Of a stretch of 64,000 nucleotides of DNA, positions 13,300 through 27,199 are shown piece by piece. Each line of letters opens with the position of its first letter. Within the stretch, counting starts at the first letter, position 1. The stretch lies in NCBI RefSeq assembly GCF_009834535.1, contig NC_045697.1:64916001-64980000 (forward strand), given 5' to 3'. The translations under genes were made by a program, and so were the position numbers. Origin of the DNA: Camelus ferus. Its lineage: Eukaryota. A model generated the notes under the pieces. That model was not told the DNA's origin. It did not search any database and was given only the letters and a program-made list of their open reading frames with translations.

Positions 13300-14545
13300 C
13301 TTTTTCTTTCTCTTTAAGCACATCACCCTGTCATCACCTTCTAATGATTTTGAATTTTCACAGTTTGGGCATTTCTTTATAGTGGCACTAATTAACGTCT
13401 TAATTCCAGGGCTCTTATCACTGACTGAAATCTCTAAAACTTTAAGTCAAAGTTTTAAAACAAAGAGAAATTAGGCCTCTCATATATTTAACAACTCCGC
13501 ATCTACAGAATCAAATTTATTTTCTTCCCTCCTCTGTAAACTAGCTCTTTCTCTTGTGTTCCCAATCTCAGATTGATGATCCCATAATTAATATAAGATA
13601 CATCTTTACTGTGACCTTCTCCACTCCTAATTTACCAAATAATTTTGATTCTGCATTTGTAACTCTCCTCTTACATGATCTACATAATTGCGGTCTTGTA
13701 TATGATGTGAAAATGAGCCAGGATGTCTGAGTTCAAATTCAAAGTCTCTGTTATATTGGGTATGGGACAAATTCCATAACTTCTCTGTGTCTCATTTCCT
13801 TTCACTATGAAATAGTGCAAACGATTATACTTACAGGTTGTTGTGAGATTAAATGAGCTAACATTTGTAATGACACGTTTTATGTCAGTCAGTCACATTT
13901 TAAGTACTATATGAGATTTACATTGTTGTAGTAGTAATTATCATTCTATCTACAATCGCTGTGAACTTAGTCCTCCTCGACAACTGTAGTTCCTGTTAAG
14001 AACTATCTTTCTAAATCATGGGTTGAGTCATAATTTCCATACTAAGATATGTCTGTATCTCGTCCACACCTTCCTAGTCAAAGCCCACATTTAGCACATC
14101 ATTCAAAGCCCTCCTCAGTCTATCCTCATTTAGTTTCCCAGATTCATATTTTTATTATATCCTTTCATAATCACTTTGCTTTAGTCACATGAGTTTCACA
14201 TATGTCCATCCATGCAAGCCTTTGCTTACACTGTCCACCTCCCTTAGTTCCAGCCTTAGATGCAGTTCAACTCTTGTCTGTCCATTCAATAACTTACAAA
14301 CAAAAAATTTTGAAATCTTTTCCCCCTTAGAATAAAATGATAATTTCCTTTGTTTTCCCACAGAATTTTCTAATTTTCTGAGCTACAGTGTTGAAATCCT
14401 GTTAGTAATTCCTGTTTATATGTTACCATCCCCCACTGAAAGTCAAGAACATTGACATTTTTATATAACTATAATGCATGTACAGAGGTTTATGAATAGT
14501 AAATACTCATTTTTAATGTTTATTAGTATATGAAAGAATTATGAT
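13300..14545 (+). mobile_element. Ancient L2 3' region interrupted by a MIR
   Basis: Pyrimidine-rich L2-like blocks ending in an L2-type tail near 14500-14545; heavily diverged. Confidence 0.5.
13715..13935 (+). mobile_element. MIR SINE
   Basis: Core motifs AACTTCTCTGTGTCTCATTTCCT and GGTTGTTGTGAGATTAAATGAG. Confidence 0.8.
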
Positions 14546-15225
14546 ACAAGTTTGAGAGCAGAGCTTGGGTTTTGAGTTACTTTGCTGAATTTTTTTTTAG
14601 CATCCTTATAAGTGCAGGCTAAGGACATTTATCTCAGAATTGATATCTTCAGTAACTTCATTAGTGGCAGTAATTTTTCTGCCATTTTAGCTGCCACTAA
14701 CAAGCTCTTAAATTTTTTTATTAATAGTCTGATCTTATTAAATGAGTAAAATGCTATACAAATAAAAATCAGTATCAACTCTGGCTTGAAAACAGTATCA
14801 CTGTTTTGTGTGTACAGATAATATTTCATTGGTGCTACTACAAGGTGCTAATAAATTAAAAATAATTATAAAATAATTTTAAATGTCATTTTTTCTTAAA
14901 TAATGAATTTATCTCTGATATAATATAGAGAATTGTCCAAAATAAATTTTGTTTAAAAAAATAACTCTCCAAAACTTTTAAAAGCTGGTCATTACTTATA
15001 GGGACTTTTTCCTTAATGCTAGCAGAAAGTTAGTACAGTTTCTTTAGAGAGAATTTTTAAATGATTTGAAACCTTTTTCTCCTCTTAAATTAAAACTTTC
15101 ATAATTTTTTATTATCACTCCATTTGTTGAAACCCACTGAAACTTTGCCTTCTACATATTTCCCATTTCTTTCTACTTATTTTCAACTTGGAATTTCTTT
15201 TTTATTTCAACCCTTTCTCTTTCTT

Positions 15226-15671
15226 CTACAGGTGGAGAATGTCTTTTTTCTCTACTCTTCTAACTTGTCGCCTGGGACCCCTGTAACAAAGGACAGATTA
15301 ACATGAGAGAAACTTAAATTTAGTTAGTATAAAATTCATGCAACATTGGAGCCACACAACAGAAAGAAATTGTTGAACCTGAGTGGCTTTTTTGCTAGAC
15401 TTGATGAAGAGTGGAAAGTCATGTAAAGATATGATAAGACAAAATAGTATCCTAGCAAGGCCTGTTTGTTCAGATTGCCCTTATCTTAGGAGATAACAGT
15501 GCTCCTTTCCCCCAAGTATGAGGAGAGAACCTTTCATATGAGGTTTTATGACCTGCTTCAGGAGGTCATAAATTCTTTCCTGAACAAGCTGTTTCTCAAA
15601 TTCCTTCAGTTTGAAATATTTAATATGTAAAGGTGCCATATTTTGTAGTATTGTGTCCTGAACCCCATCAT
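15226..15671 (-). mobile_element. ERV1 solo LTR, MER34/MER39-like
   Basis: Minus strand starts TGATGGGGTTCAGGACACAATACTACAAAATATGGCACCTT and ends with AATCTGTCCTTTGTTACAGGGGTCCCAG..., matching remembered MER34-group termini. Confidence 0.75.
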
Positions 15672-18111
15672 GCCCTACCTCTCCTCTCTATCCTTCTCCC
15701 TTTCCCCAGTCTGTATCCTACTGCCTTTTTCTTCTATACTTCTGTATTTTTCAGGAATTTCATTTTTTCTGATCCTATTCTCTTGATTATTATATATTTA
15801 AAAAAAATTTGCACAAGTTTCTGGAAAGGACAGCAGTGCTATTCCTTCAGTTCAGGAGTCAGCATTTTAGTTCTGGACAAATCTCTGTAGAGTAGAAAAT
15901 TTGTTATATTTCATTTTTAGAGTTGTCTGAACTATGAGTAATCTGACTTTTGTAGTATACCAACACCACAAACAGAAAGAGGGCTCATCTGTGTTTCTGA
16001 ATGCAACTTTAAATACCCAATCATCTGATGAACTCTCATCCTCACCAAAGCCTTTTTCATAAAAAATGTTCTATGCAATAGTAAGGTGAGCACCAGTAAC
16101 TTATAAGAAAACAAGAAAAAGGAGAGTTAAGAACTAAGGTGTGCCACAAAGCAAGGGACCCTGTGCAGTGAGACCCTATTGTATCTTTTATTTTATTGGC
16201 TCTTATCTGTCATGATCATTTTACCATAGACTAGTCCTGTATGTATTTAATACTCTATAAAAAAGAAAGTACGATCATTTCTCTATTATTGTTATAGTAT
16301 ATCATATATAATTTTTTGTATATCTGTTTTTCCTTAATTTTCATATATATGAGCAGTCATGTAGAATTCTGATTCATAGAAACTCTTCACTTCAGACAGT
16401 GATATCTACGTAATAGATTTCTATTAAATTTAGAGAGAGGTGGCACTAGTGCCATGTCAAAGTATGAGAGCAAGAAGTCTTTCTTTTTTGCTGTGTAGTT
16501 TTATTTATGTTTATTTTTATTGTTTTGAACTTTATATAAAATAATTGGGACTTGTTATATTATATAACATGTTATATAATATATTATATTATATATGTTT
16601 CTATATAAACATAGAAACATCTTATCACTTTACTGGTTATTCCAACTCACAAACCAAAGTAGAAGACAACAAATCATTGTCCAAGTTGTGCAAATAGTGG
16701 GCTATACATTATTTTTCTTTTTTCCTGTTGTCCCATTTGATAATGAAACCTGCATGATTCAAGGGCCACTTTTATCCCATCTGCTATTTATTTTGCTAGT
16801 TCATTTTGTTATTGGGAATGAAAACTCTTAAAAGGAAAATCTTAGCAAAATTGGGTATGGACAGAGTGTCTATAAATAGAACTTGTATTTTGACATTTGT
16901 CATAGATGTTTGTATCCAGTTAAAACATAGGCATTCGAATTGCGGATTTTCACTTGACCACTTGATACTATGTGCTTAGTTCTTCTATACTCAAAGTGTC
17001 ATTCATTTATTTTCTTCTCTTTTCCGTTACCTCACTCTTGTTTTTCCCCAGCCCAACCTAATGGAGAATTTGTCCTGGTATAAAAGATTGAAATGTGATT
17101 ACCACTGATATTTTCAAATTTATGTTTATTCTGTGTATTTAGCATCTACATGAGAAAACAGGAGTAGAAAAGAAGCTGAAAAGGAGATAAATGTTTTTAA
17201 ATTCTTCGGAGATCTAATACATGAAAAATCATAGAACTCCATGATAAACTTGGTCCCAACATTTTAAACATTCCTCCCACTTCTTACCCACATTGTCGCT
17301 GTTCCAAATAATGTGGCCTGTTCAGTATTCTAGCAAGTGCTTTGCACTTTTCCACTGTGTTTCATCTTTTAGTTCTTTTTCTGATGTTAAAAACCTTTAT
17401 CACCTGATGCCCAAGGCAAATATTGCCATTCCATGAAGTCTTCTCTGAATGCAATGCAAATGTTTGCTAAGTCATCATACTTTGTTTTATAATAATTCTT
17501 AAATTGTTATTTATCTCTCTGTAATGATGCCTTACTTCCCCACTCATTAATGAGCTCTCTAAGATGTCTGGCATTCTGGCTGCGTACAGAGCTTTGTACC
17601 AAAAGGGACTGCCAATTATCATGTTGAGTAATTCACCATTTTGGGAGACGTTTATTTCAAAGTCATTGTTTGAGGTTTGCAGAGTCAATGGAAATTTATA
17701 CAATGAATTGGCAAATTCTAATGCTTAATCCATTTGTGGCTTCCTCTGAAATGCAACAGTGAGGGATCAACATAGATTCAACACAGAAGAATGAGATAGA
17801 AACATAGAATGAGAGGAAACTAGTATCATCTAGTGCCCCACACTGACAATAGTGATGTATTAAATTATGATCACTGTCCTTGATAAAAGTTATAGATTAA
17901 GAAAGACAAAGTTACGTGATACTTATTTCTGATTTCAAGCACATGTCTTAAAAATTACTTGCATTGAAAATATCTAAAAATAATTTGATTTAGAGTAGTT
18001 TTTATTGAATTGATCATAACTTGTAAATGCTATTCAGTGCCTAATATGCTATTTTTAATTCCCTCTTTCCTGCCTCAGCTTGTTACATGCACACACACAC
18101 ACACACACACA

Positions 18112-18619
18112 CGTTACTGAGTCCAAACTTCTTCTGCTCGCCACATAACAGGCCAGTAAATCGGGAGATGAGGTGTTGGGGCAAGGGATAATGGTTTTAT
18201 AAAGAAAATTGGCAAACCGAGAAGATGGCAGGCTAATGTCCTGGAGAACCATATTCCTGAAGTCAGAATTCAGGCTCCTTTTATACTAAAAAGGGAAGGG
18301 GTGTGCTTGTTCCAGACTTCTTGGTGTTGGAATCCATTGTTCTTGCAGCTGTCCACGTGGGTCAGGTCATGGTGTCCTTGTAAACCTCCAACAAAACAAA
18401 TACTGCTTTATATTCTGCAATTTTTTGTCTTTATATATGAGTGCAAAAGTGTTAATACCCTAAAAGGGCAGAGCCTAGAGAATAGGCTATCTTGTATATT
18501 TCAGGCTATAGGCAACATTCTTTTACAGAAGGAGCAGAACCAGTCCAGAAAACAGAGCACGGGGTAAAGCCAAAGGAACAGATCTAAAATGGAGTCAGAT
18601 TTTTTTCTTTCTTATTACA
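18112..18619 (-). mobile_element. ERV1 solo LTR, MER41-like, flanked by (CA)n tracts
   Basis: Minus strand starts TGTAATAAGAAAG..AATCTGACTCCATTTTAGATCTG and ends TTTGGACTCAGTAACG; 508 bp; CA repeats on both sides. Confidence 0.8.
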
Positions 18620-21439
18620 CATACACATACATACACACACACACACATACACAAGTCTATGTTTAGACTATGTATTCACATTAATACTGCTTACTGTTGT
18701 CTTAAGGAATAGATCACTTGATATACTTCTCACCATTTCGGTAAAGCCTAAATATTTTAACAGGGTTGTTTTAATACTGGAGGATGATTACTTTTGAATT
18801 TTGGGTCATCATATCTTTGATATGAAATAACTATATATTTACTTTTCTACTTAATTTTCTAAATACGTTTACCTACCATGGTTTCCCCGATATATTTGAG
18901 CATATACTGATTTGAAAGAGAGCAATAGTTTGGAGTTACGGGTTTTGGTCTCTCTCCTTCTTGTTCTTTGGTTTCAGGGTAAACATATTAGGCTTGGAAG
19001 TTCTTAAAGTGTTTAAATATTTAAAGACCTTGAAACAACTTATAATACTACAAAGTAAAAAGGAAAGTGAAAAGAAGTGACCAAAAAAAAAAAAAAAAAA
19101 AAAGAAACATGGTCAGCATGTAAATTTATGATGTAATAGAATCTGGCTGTAAATGAGTTGGACTTTTCTCCCTTGCTATCATGATTTGACTCATGAACAA
19201 GTGCCCAAAAGCACTAAATTTTCTCAGCAGTCTTTCATTACATAAGTACGGAGAATGGAATGCAGTAAATCTGCATCCAGCTACTTTTTAACTATTGTAG
19301 ATCTAGTGATTAGGTAATAACTTGCAATAATTTTGCTTTACTCCAAAATATTTGTGCTGTCCCTATACGTCTTCCTAAAATTGTCATCAACTTTGACATA
19401 TTTCACTGTACACTGCCTTATAAAGTAGTCTGTGGTATGCATTGAATAAACCCATGGTTGAATAAACTCATGAGTAACTTCAAGTATCTGAATTAAAATC
19501 TAGAGAATTTATGTTATACTAGACATGGCATACAGCTTTTAAAATACATTTACTGTGGCAGTTTTTATTATAAAAATGCAAAGCTTTGGGAGAAAATGTC
19601 ATCTAGTTTTATCCTATGATTAGTGTTGAGAACAATATGAGAGACTATACCTGGAGGTTCCTCCACAGTGGTATTTAATAGTTACTTTGTAGGCTTTACA
19701 GTGGGTACTCATTAAGTTGTTAATTTGCTAGTTATTTGATACTTTTACCTGAAAGCAACTTAACCACTTAGTTTTGCTCTTGGAATGCTAAATTTATGGA
19801 ATAAATTATGATAGAATTTTTGCCCATTTATCAGTCAGAAGAACTCATAAATCTTGCTTCTTGTGGTCCTTTTAAATATTTACAACATGTTTCACTGGTA
19901 TGCATGAACCCGGTGTCTGAAGAACCATTATTTTTCTTCTGGTCTGTCACTTAGTTCTTGTGCCACATTGAGCAAGTTCCTTTTTTTCTGGGCCCTAACA
20001 TCATTGTTATATTCCCTGGAGATATAATTTTCTTGGATACCACTGAGATCACATACCACTGTCTGTCTTAAGCACAAATTTCTTTCCAGAAGTCTTTATC
20101 AATTAGGCAAATTGTGTGTAGAAAAGATATATTATCTTCAGAGCATCAATGTTAGAAACAGTACTGCCTTCCTATTAGGTATTTAATGAAATACATAGAG
20201 AATCTGTCGAATATAATTCCTCAAATCCTTGAGAATTTATAATAGTGGTATCTGGATAAATATGAATTCAGTTGAAGAGAAGCTTATATAATTTAACTAC
20301 TGAGAAATTGAAACATAAAATTAGAGATAATCTAATCTAAAATGATACAGAATGCCTTTTTATAATGGTAAAACAGTAAAATAGGTTACTTTTTATTAAG
20401 TATAAGAAAAATGTGTAGATTTGGTTCAATTCTGATATTGAAAAAATTCTTGTCTCATCTCTAATCTTATATGATCTTTAGTACTTTTATCAGAATAATA
20501 TGTGATTTCTTTAGGAATTGTATTTATTTATTTTGATGTTTATACAAGAAAAAAAAATTCCCCTAGAAATTACATGGCATTTGCCCTAAAGTTTTAGAAG
20601 AAAAAGTAGAAACGTTGAGTTATTCAACAAACGTTTCTTGGGACACTCCTACGCTCAAGGCAGAGTAATAAGCAAAGGTTCTATTCTTAAAGAATATATA
20701 ATCAAGTACATTGTCAGAACAAAAAAAGGTAGGATTCTACAACTCTTATTCATAGTTTTGTTAATATGTCTTGTTTCTCATCAAGCTCTCTTTACTTTTC
20801 CTATCACACCTCTTCCACAACATATAGGAAAAGAGACCATTATAAGCTCCCTGATTGTTCTCTCTTTGCTTACTAAGTACCAACATAGTCTCACAAAAAT
20901 CTTGGTAAGAAGAAAAAAGCGTTTATTATTAAACATCCAGTAGATTTATTACTGAACTATTCTCCCAGGTAGTGTTGTGGACTTCCATATTAGGCCTCTC
21001 AAGATGCAGTTGCTTCAACCCTTCTCTCCTGTAAAATAATCCCCACTCTCCATTGTTCATACATGGATTCCTGAGACCTAGCCCTACTCCAAAATGTTAA
21101 TGATGCAATTTCTCCTTAATGAAGTTCCTCCATTTGAGTTTCTGACCCGACAATTCACAGGACACTACAATTTCTACTTTTAGTAATGGGTTGTCCTTTC
21201 CTCAGTCTCTTCCTAGGTCTGGGACAGTGGTGTGCTTTTGCTTGGCTGCATCTTTCTTTTCTGTTCTCCTGGCCAGCCTCTAGTGACTGAGACTCTAATA
21301 CCTGTAATCATATCTTTATGACAGTTACTAGCTTGCTTAGATTTCTGAATACCTTTATTCTGGGTTTACCATCTCGATATTTAAAGCATACTGGAATATT
21401 GGAAAACTGTATCAGATAAGATAATTTGTTTAGGCAATG

Positions 21440-21990
21440 CCAAAACAAACAAACAAATAAAAACCCCTCAAACTGACTTAAACAAATAAACAAAGAAATG
21501 TGTTGGTTTAAAAAAAATCCAAAGCTAAATCTAGATTCAAGTCTGATGTAGAGATTCAGCAACACCATCCTTCCTGGCTTCTCTAGCTCTCCTCTGACTT
21601 CCAGGTGTTACCATCAGCCCAAGAATCTACATGTTATCCTAGTCCCACCAGGAACTCCATACTGTGCTATGTGATAGCAAAATTTCAGCAGTCAAGGAAC
21701 AGCCTATCTTTTATAACCTCACATCATGTTGTCCAAGAGTAGAGAGAGACCTTTCTGTAGCCTCTGCAAAATCCTGGCGTTTACCCTCATCTCTCTGTTA
21801 GACTTGTGTCCATCTTTAAACCAATTATTGGTTTTAAAGCAGTAGATACACTGAAATTTTAAGCCATTCAGAATTGGAGTTCCTGTTGGAGCTAGGGTGG
21901 GATCCATTCCATAGACTTCGTAAGATTTTCTTTTAAGGAATACCAGAGAAGAGAGACAGGTGGATGCTGTAGAAGTAGTCAGCCAGTGTC
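21440..21990 (-). mobile_element. Old MaLR LTR (MLT1J/K-like)
   Basis: Motifs CTCAAACTGACTTAAAC, GTGTCCATCTTTAAACCAATTA, GGAGCTAGGGTGGG; diverged. Confidence 0.55.
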
Positions 21991-24900
21991 CCTTACAGAC
22001 ATTCCCAGGACCCTCGTATCCTAACACTGAGCACTAACTATTTGTAGAATATGATAAATTGCCATGCCTTTTTTTAGGCACTTTGGCTTGCCCACTGAAT
22101 TCAGTGTGTATTGTTATCTCATCCAGCTGGGAATTCACCCCCCGAAACAGGTTGTGATATAGAAGGGAAGTCATTATTATCTTCTAATGCTCTTTTGCCA
22201 CCTGCCTCAGTTGCTTTAGTTAAGGCATTAGAATCAGTGATGGATATGAAAATTCAGCAGTCATGAATGAGGACAGTAGTTCAAAGAACAACTAGTGAAA
22301 GAACATCTTCAGACACTCACATGGACCAAGAAGGAATTCAAGAGATGTAGTGCTAGGAATGATACTTGCCCTCAACAGGTATCCTAGACCCTTGCTGTTG
22401 AAGTGGTCCGATGGGAAGTAGCAACTGAATATTTCTTATGGAAACTGCTCCGGACTTAATGATATGTTTTGAAAAGTTCGGTGCTTATTTTGTAACCTTC
22501 ATCTTTTTTTGCATCATGAGAAATGTTTGAGAAAACGCCTACCTTACTTCTCATTCCAAATATTTGTTGATTTTGAAGTCTCAGTTCTTATTAAGAGGAA
22601 GTTGCAGAAGAACATGCTTTGTTTTCCAATAACAGCAGTCATTTATACAGGTATTTAAATATATGTTTGAAAATACTAATATTTGTTGATAAAATATTCT
22701 TAGAGATAAGTGATTTTTTATTTGTAAAACTGAACTTCATATTGTATCTAATTAAATATAAATTATTCAGTTAGTGGCTAATATTTATTTAATGTTCAAA
22801 GAATATTAATTATAAGAACATTATTTTTCTCATTTGTTTCACTAGAGAAATGGAAAAGCATTTGTTGATTCTTGGCAAACACACCTTTGCATAAGGAATG
22901 GACAAAGCAAACATACGGAGCATATGTACATTCAATTTGTACATACATTTGATTAAGAAAAAAGCAGAAATATTCAAATGTAATAGAAAATATATTGAGA
23001 GTATAAAATATGGGTGGTATCCTGACCAGGCTTTAGAGTAGTTTGGATAATAATAATTACTGAATTGTTTCTAATAGCAAAAACAAAAAGAGACATATAG
23101 GTTTAAAATAACATAATTTTTTAAAATTTTAAGTTATGTCAAAGCTGTAAAAGAAAACTAGTAAAGAAATTAATTACAAATAATCATTCTTCAAGCAATG
23201 TGAATTAAAGGGCAATAATCAATAAAAATTTGAAACAAACATATGAATGTATCTATTCTAAATATACACCAAGTGAGTTCCTTGACTTTTTAATAATCAA
23301 GGGAATTAGTCCCCTCAAAATGGGATCCTTAACTCATAAAATGTAAAACTTCCAAATACAGATAATTTGAGTAACTACAAAGAGGTAGTGTTTAGAAATA
23401 GACACACTGGAATCAGTTCTCTTTTCCATCTAGCTTTCTATTCAGTGTTAAATAAAATATATATGCTATGGCTCAATTTTGTAGCTCCTTTTCTGACACT
23501 TGTTTTGACCTTTCTTTGACTTCAGTGTCAGCCATGAGACATAGACATGAACAGCTTTTACACTTTGAAATACAAACTTTTATACTATACTATATGACTT
23601 TTGACATTCATAACCATTTCAACATTCTAATAATTAAATAGTTTAAAGGTAGTGGTCAAAAAGCATGAACAACACTTTGATTAGCTATGTCTTGATGTTT
23701 TGAACCTTGAAGTGTCTAATCTGCAGTATCTTTCATCATAACCTATGTAGACAAGGGGAACTTCAATAGCCACTAGACAGCTGGATGACAGCCAGATGAG
23801 CCAATGTTCTAAGGGCTGTCAGTGACCTTGGAGTGAATTTTGCAAAGGAGCAAATTTCTCTGTGTCAGACAGGCAGCTCTGTGATTAAGTAAGTAAGCAC
23901 ACCCACAAAGCTGTACAGCTTTTTAAACACATGTTGGCTGTAAACAATATCCTTTCTCTAAAGGACTTTGAGTGGAATGATGAATATGGAGCCAGATTTA
24001 TAGTAAAATAGTCTGTATCTCATATGTAGGAAGTACTCAAATAACTGGAGTGGATTTATGCAACTTGGATTAAATAGTGAAAAAAAAAAAATCAAAACTT
24101 CTAGCTTTCTATTCCCTTGAAGCAAGATGTAATTCTTTCACTTTCCTCTAGTGTTTCTTCCTTTGAGTAACATTCTCTCTTAACCATATAGGGGAAAAAA
24201 TCAAGAGATGGACACAGTAAGCAAGTTAATGCATTTATTAATGTATTTGTCTAAGAAGAGTTCCCATTTTCCCTAGATTTCTGAGGTCTGTGACAAGCAT
24301 AACATTTCTTGACTAGAATACTAAATAAATGTAGGAGTGTTTCTTAGCAAAAGAAAAGTTTGAGTGGACAAAGTCAAATTATCTGACAGCTGTGCAGTCA
24401 TGGATATACGGTTTAAAATGCTCATGGGAATGAGGGATATTGTGGGTGGCCATTTTAGGATATCTGTGAGGAAAGGGAAAAAATTACAATGTATTTTTAT
24501 TCAAGTGAGTTTTTTTAATTTGGTTCTTTTTGATACTCTGACAAACATGCTAGACCACAGCACAATTCAGACTAAACTTTTTAGACCGCTGGGGTCTAAT
24601 GGGATGCTTTTTCTTTGATAAGGTTATACTAAAACATGTACCAGAAATACAGATTATGGCAGATAATTATGTAAAGGATGTCATTAATAAAGGTACAGTG
24701 TGTATATGTCTGTGTCTGTGTAATTTTGTATGTGCACATATGTTGTTGCAGAAATTGGAAGAGATATTCTTAGAAAAGAGATAGCAAATTTATAACTTTC
24801 AATGGTAAACAGTACGAATTTCACTTATTTCAATTCTCTTTTGAACCAGTGCATTTTAAAATTGTGTTTTAATAATCCATCTGGTAATGAACATAAAAGA

Positions 24901-25609
24901 AGGTACACACTAATTGATTAAATAAATAAAGGAAGATGAATAAATGAAAATTCATAGCACTTACTCTGACTCCTATAGTTTTTACTGTTACTGACTGCTA
25001 TACAAAACAGTTTTATTGCAAATATAACTAATAAACCCACTTTAAAACAATGATTAGTTAAGTAACTGCTTATAGAATTAAAGAATTAAACCCAATGAAT
25101 ATCATAATCTGTGGGCATGTCAGATATTTCCCTTTAGATATATGTCAGCCTGAATTTATTCAAGTATGTTACCAAAATATTTTCAGTAAGATGTAGAATG
25201 ATACCACTTTGGATAGGATCACTAAAATCTTGACAGAGAGAGCTTGGATTTCTTGTGACTTTAAAATATTGGAGGGATGTTACATATTCAATGATATTGT
25301 ATTCATAAGAGATAAGTGTAATAGAAAATAGATGGCTAGGCATAAATCATGTTGCTCTGAAACGAGTTAACCTGAATAAGCAGTGTGAAAGCTTATTACA
25401 GAAAGCTCCAAATCTTATGCACACAGTGGATTTTTTTCAGTTTAAAACAAACAAACAACAAAAGCAAAACATTTGAATATTCTCCCAGTAGAATGACTGC
25501 AAGTATGTATTGGAAAACAAATCTCAGTTTGAGTAAGAATGAGTGTGCAGTTTAATTTCCACTTTTCAAAACCGATGAGATGGACATGTGTAAGACTTAG
25601 AAATGCCAT

Positions 25610-25900
25610 CTAAAATGATTAATGGCCTGGAAACCAGGACCTCTGAAGAAGGATTCAAGGAGTTACTGTCATTTAATTTGAGAAAAGAAGGCAACTCTCG
25701 TATATAAAAGACTATGGTTAAAAAAAAAAATTCCCAAAATGAAGAAATATGTGAAAATAAAAAGATACAGGACTAAGTAAAAAAAAAGAAAATTTAGACT
25801 CAATATAAGAATGTTATAATGATGGTTTTTTTTAAAGGGTGTAACTTCTATTGTTTAACTATAGAAATAGGAAGTCCTTCATCTGTGTTGATACCAGTAA
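25610..25900 (+). mobile_element. CR1/L3 LINE fragment
   Basis: 25612 onward translates KMINGLETRTSEEGFKELLSFNL, resembling the CR1 ORF2 C-terminal motif KMIKGLE..YEERLKELGLFSL. Confidence 0.65.
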
Positions 25901-26384
25901 TGTCTAAATTAATGGCAATATGAAGAAACCCCTTCAGTGCTCATTCTTCACGATTTATCAAAAACAAACATGTTTGTGTGCCTTATAATGCATAGTCTTC
26001 TCTGATAATTCTATAGAGGTTAACATACATACCTCTTAACACATGAAATACTTAGTGTTCTTGTTTTGCTGCAAAGATCCCTCAGTTGTTTGCCCTAGTA
26101 AGGGAATGCAGTGTATGTTTTGCATCGTGTGGACACATCAGAGTCTTGAGAGTTCCGAGGGCTTTGGTGGCTCTTATACCATCTTTGAAAGAGAAGTTCA
26201 CAAGCCAGTTTGGTTATGTGTTGGAAGGAAACTCAGAACTTTTCATAGCACTGAAAGAGCTCATGGAGTCTGCCTTGTGAGAAGCAAGATACCAAGGAAC
26301 TGGAAGATGACAGAAGGAGATAGACAACCCTAAAGAATAGGAGCTACCCATGAGAGGAAATATAAAATATTTGTGAGGAAATAT

Positions 26385-26585
26385 TAATGTAGGATCAAAT
26401 TACCTGGGTTCCTACCCAAATCTGTCAGTAAATTACATGCTCTATGCCTTCATCTCTAAACTGGCAATAATGATGATATAGATCGCATTGTGTTCTTAAG
26501 GGAATTAAGTGAATTATTGCTACTAAATACTTAAAATAGTGGCTGGCACAGTATATAAAAACTATGAGAGTTCATGATTATCACT
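26385..26585 (+). mobile_element. MIR SINE
   Basis: CCTGGGTTC..., CATCTCTAAACTGGCAATAATG, CTTAAAATAGTGGCTGGCACAG tail. Confidence 0.65.
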
Positions 26586-27199
26586 AAGAATTAGGTATGT
26601 GAGTCTGGTATATTTGAATACTTGTCTTGAACCATTGAATTTAGAAGTAGCATTTTAATATCCAGACTTAGAAGGTAGTAACTTTCTGGACTTAGATGAG
26701 CTAAAGTTTGTTAGTTGAAGATTCAAAAAAAAATAAAAAATTTCTCTGAAAGTATTCCTTTTTCTAGAAGTGATTACTTTTCAACAGAAGCTATTTTTAC
26801 TCCTATGTAAATTTTATGTCATATTTTCTATCTATTGTGAACCAAAAAAAGGGTTTCATTTTCCTATTAGCATTGTTTCTGTTATTACCTCCTGTGTGTG
26901 TGATACTCTCTACTTGGCCTGGTCTGTTCTTCATATTGTAACTAATGGATACATCCCCTATGGATAGGACAATGTTATGCTGCCAGAGGCTGTGTCTAAG
27001 GGCAGGCCTTGAATTGCAGGCAGAGCAGATGATGGTCAGCAGACTTTAGTGCTGGCCTAGGCCTCAAATATGAGCATCAGACTGGCCTTCTTATTGGCTG
27101 AGCTCCAGTAGACATAATATATGCAAATGAATCTTCAACTTTGTTTCTGTCATTTTTGGGATATGCAATCTATACCTATTGTTACTCTCTCCTAAAAAT

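Noticed and set aside
12908..13321. 137-aa minus-strand ORF with a hydrophobic stretch, possible pseudogene or exon
   Set aside because: No recognisable family, non-ATG start, no poly(A) or TSD, and it borders L2-like sequence. A BLASTX would settle it.
19083..19103. A21 run as a possible tail-only retro-insertion
   Set aside because: No flanking TSD; simple homopolymer.
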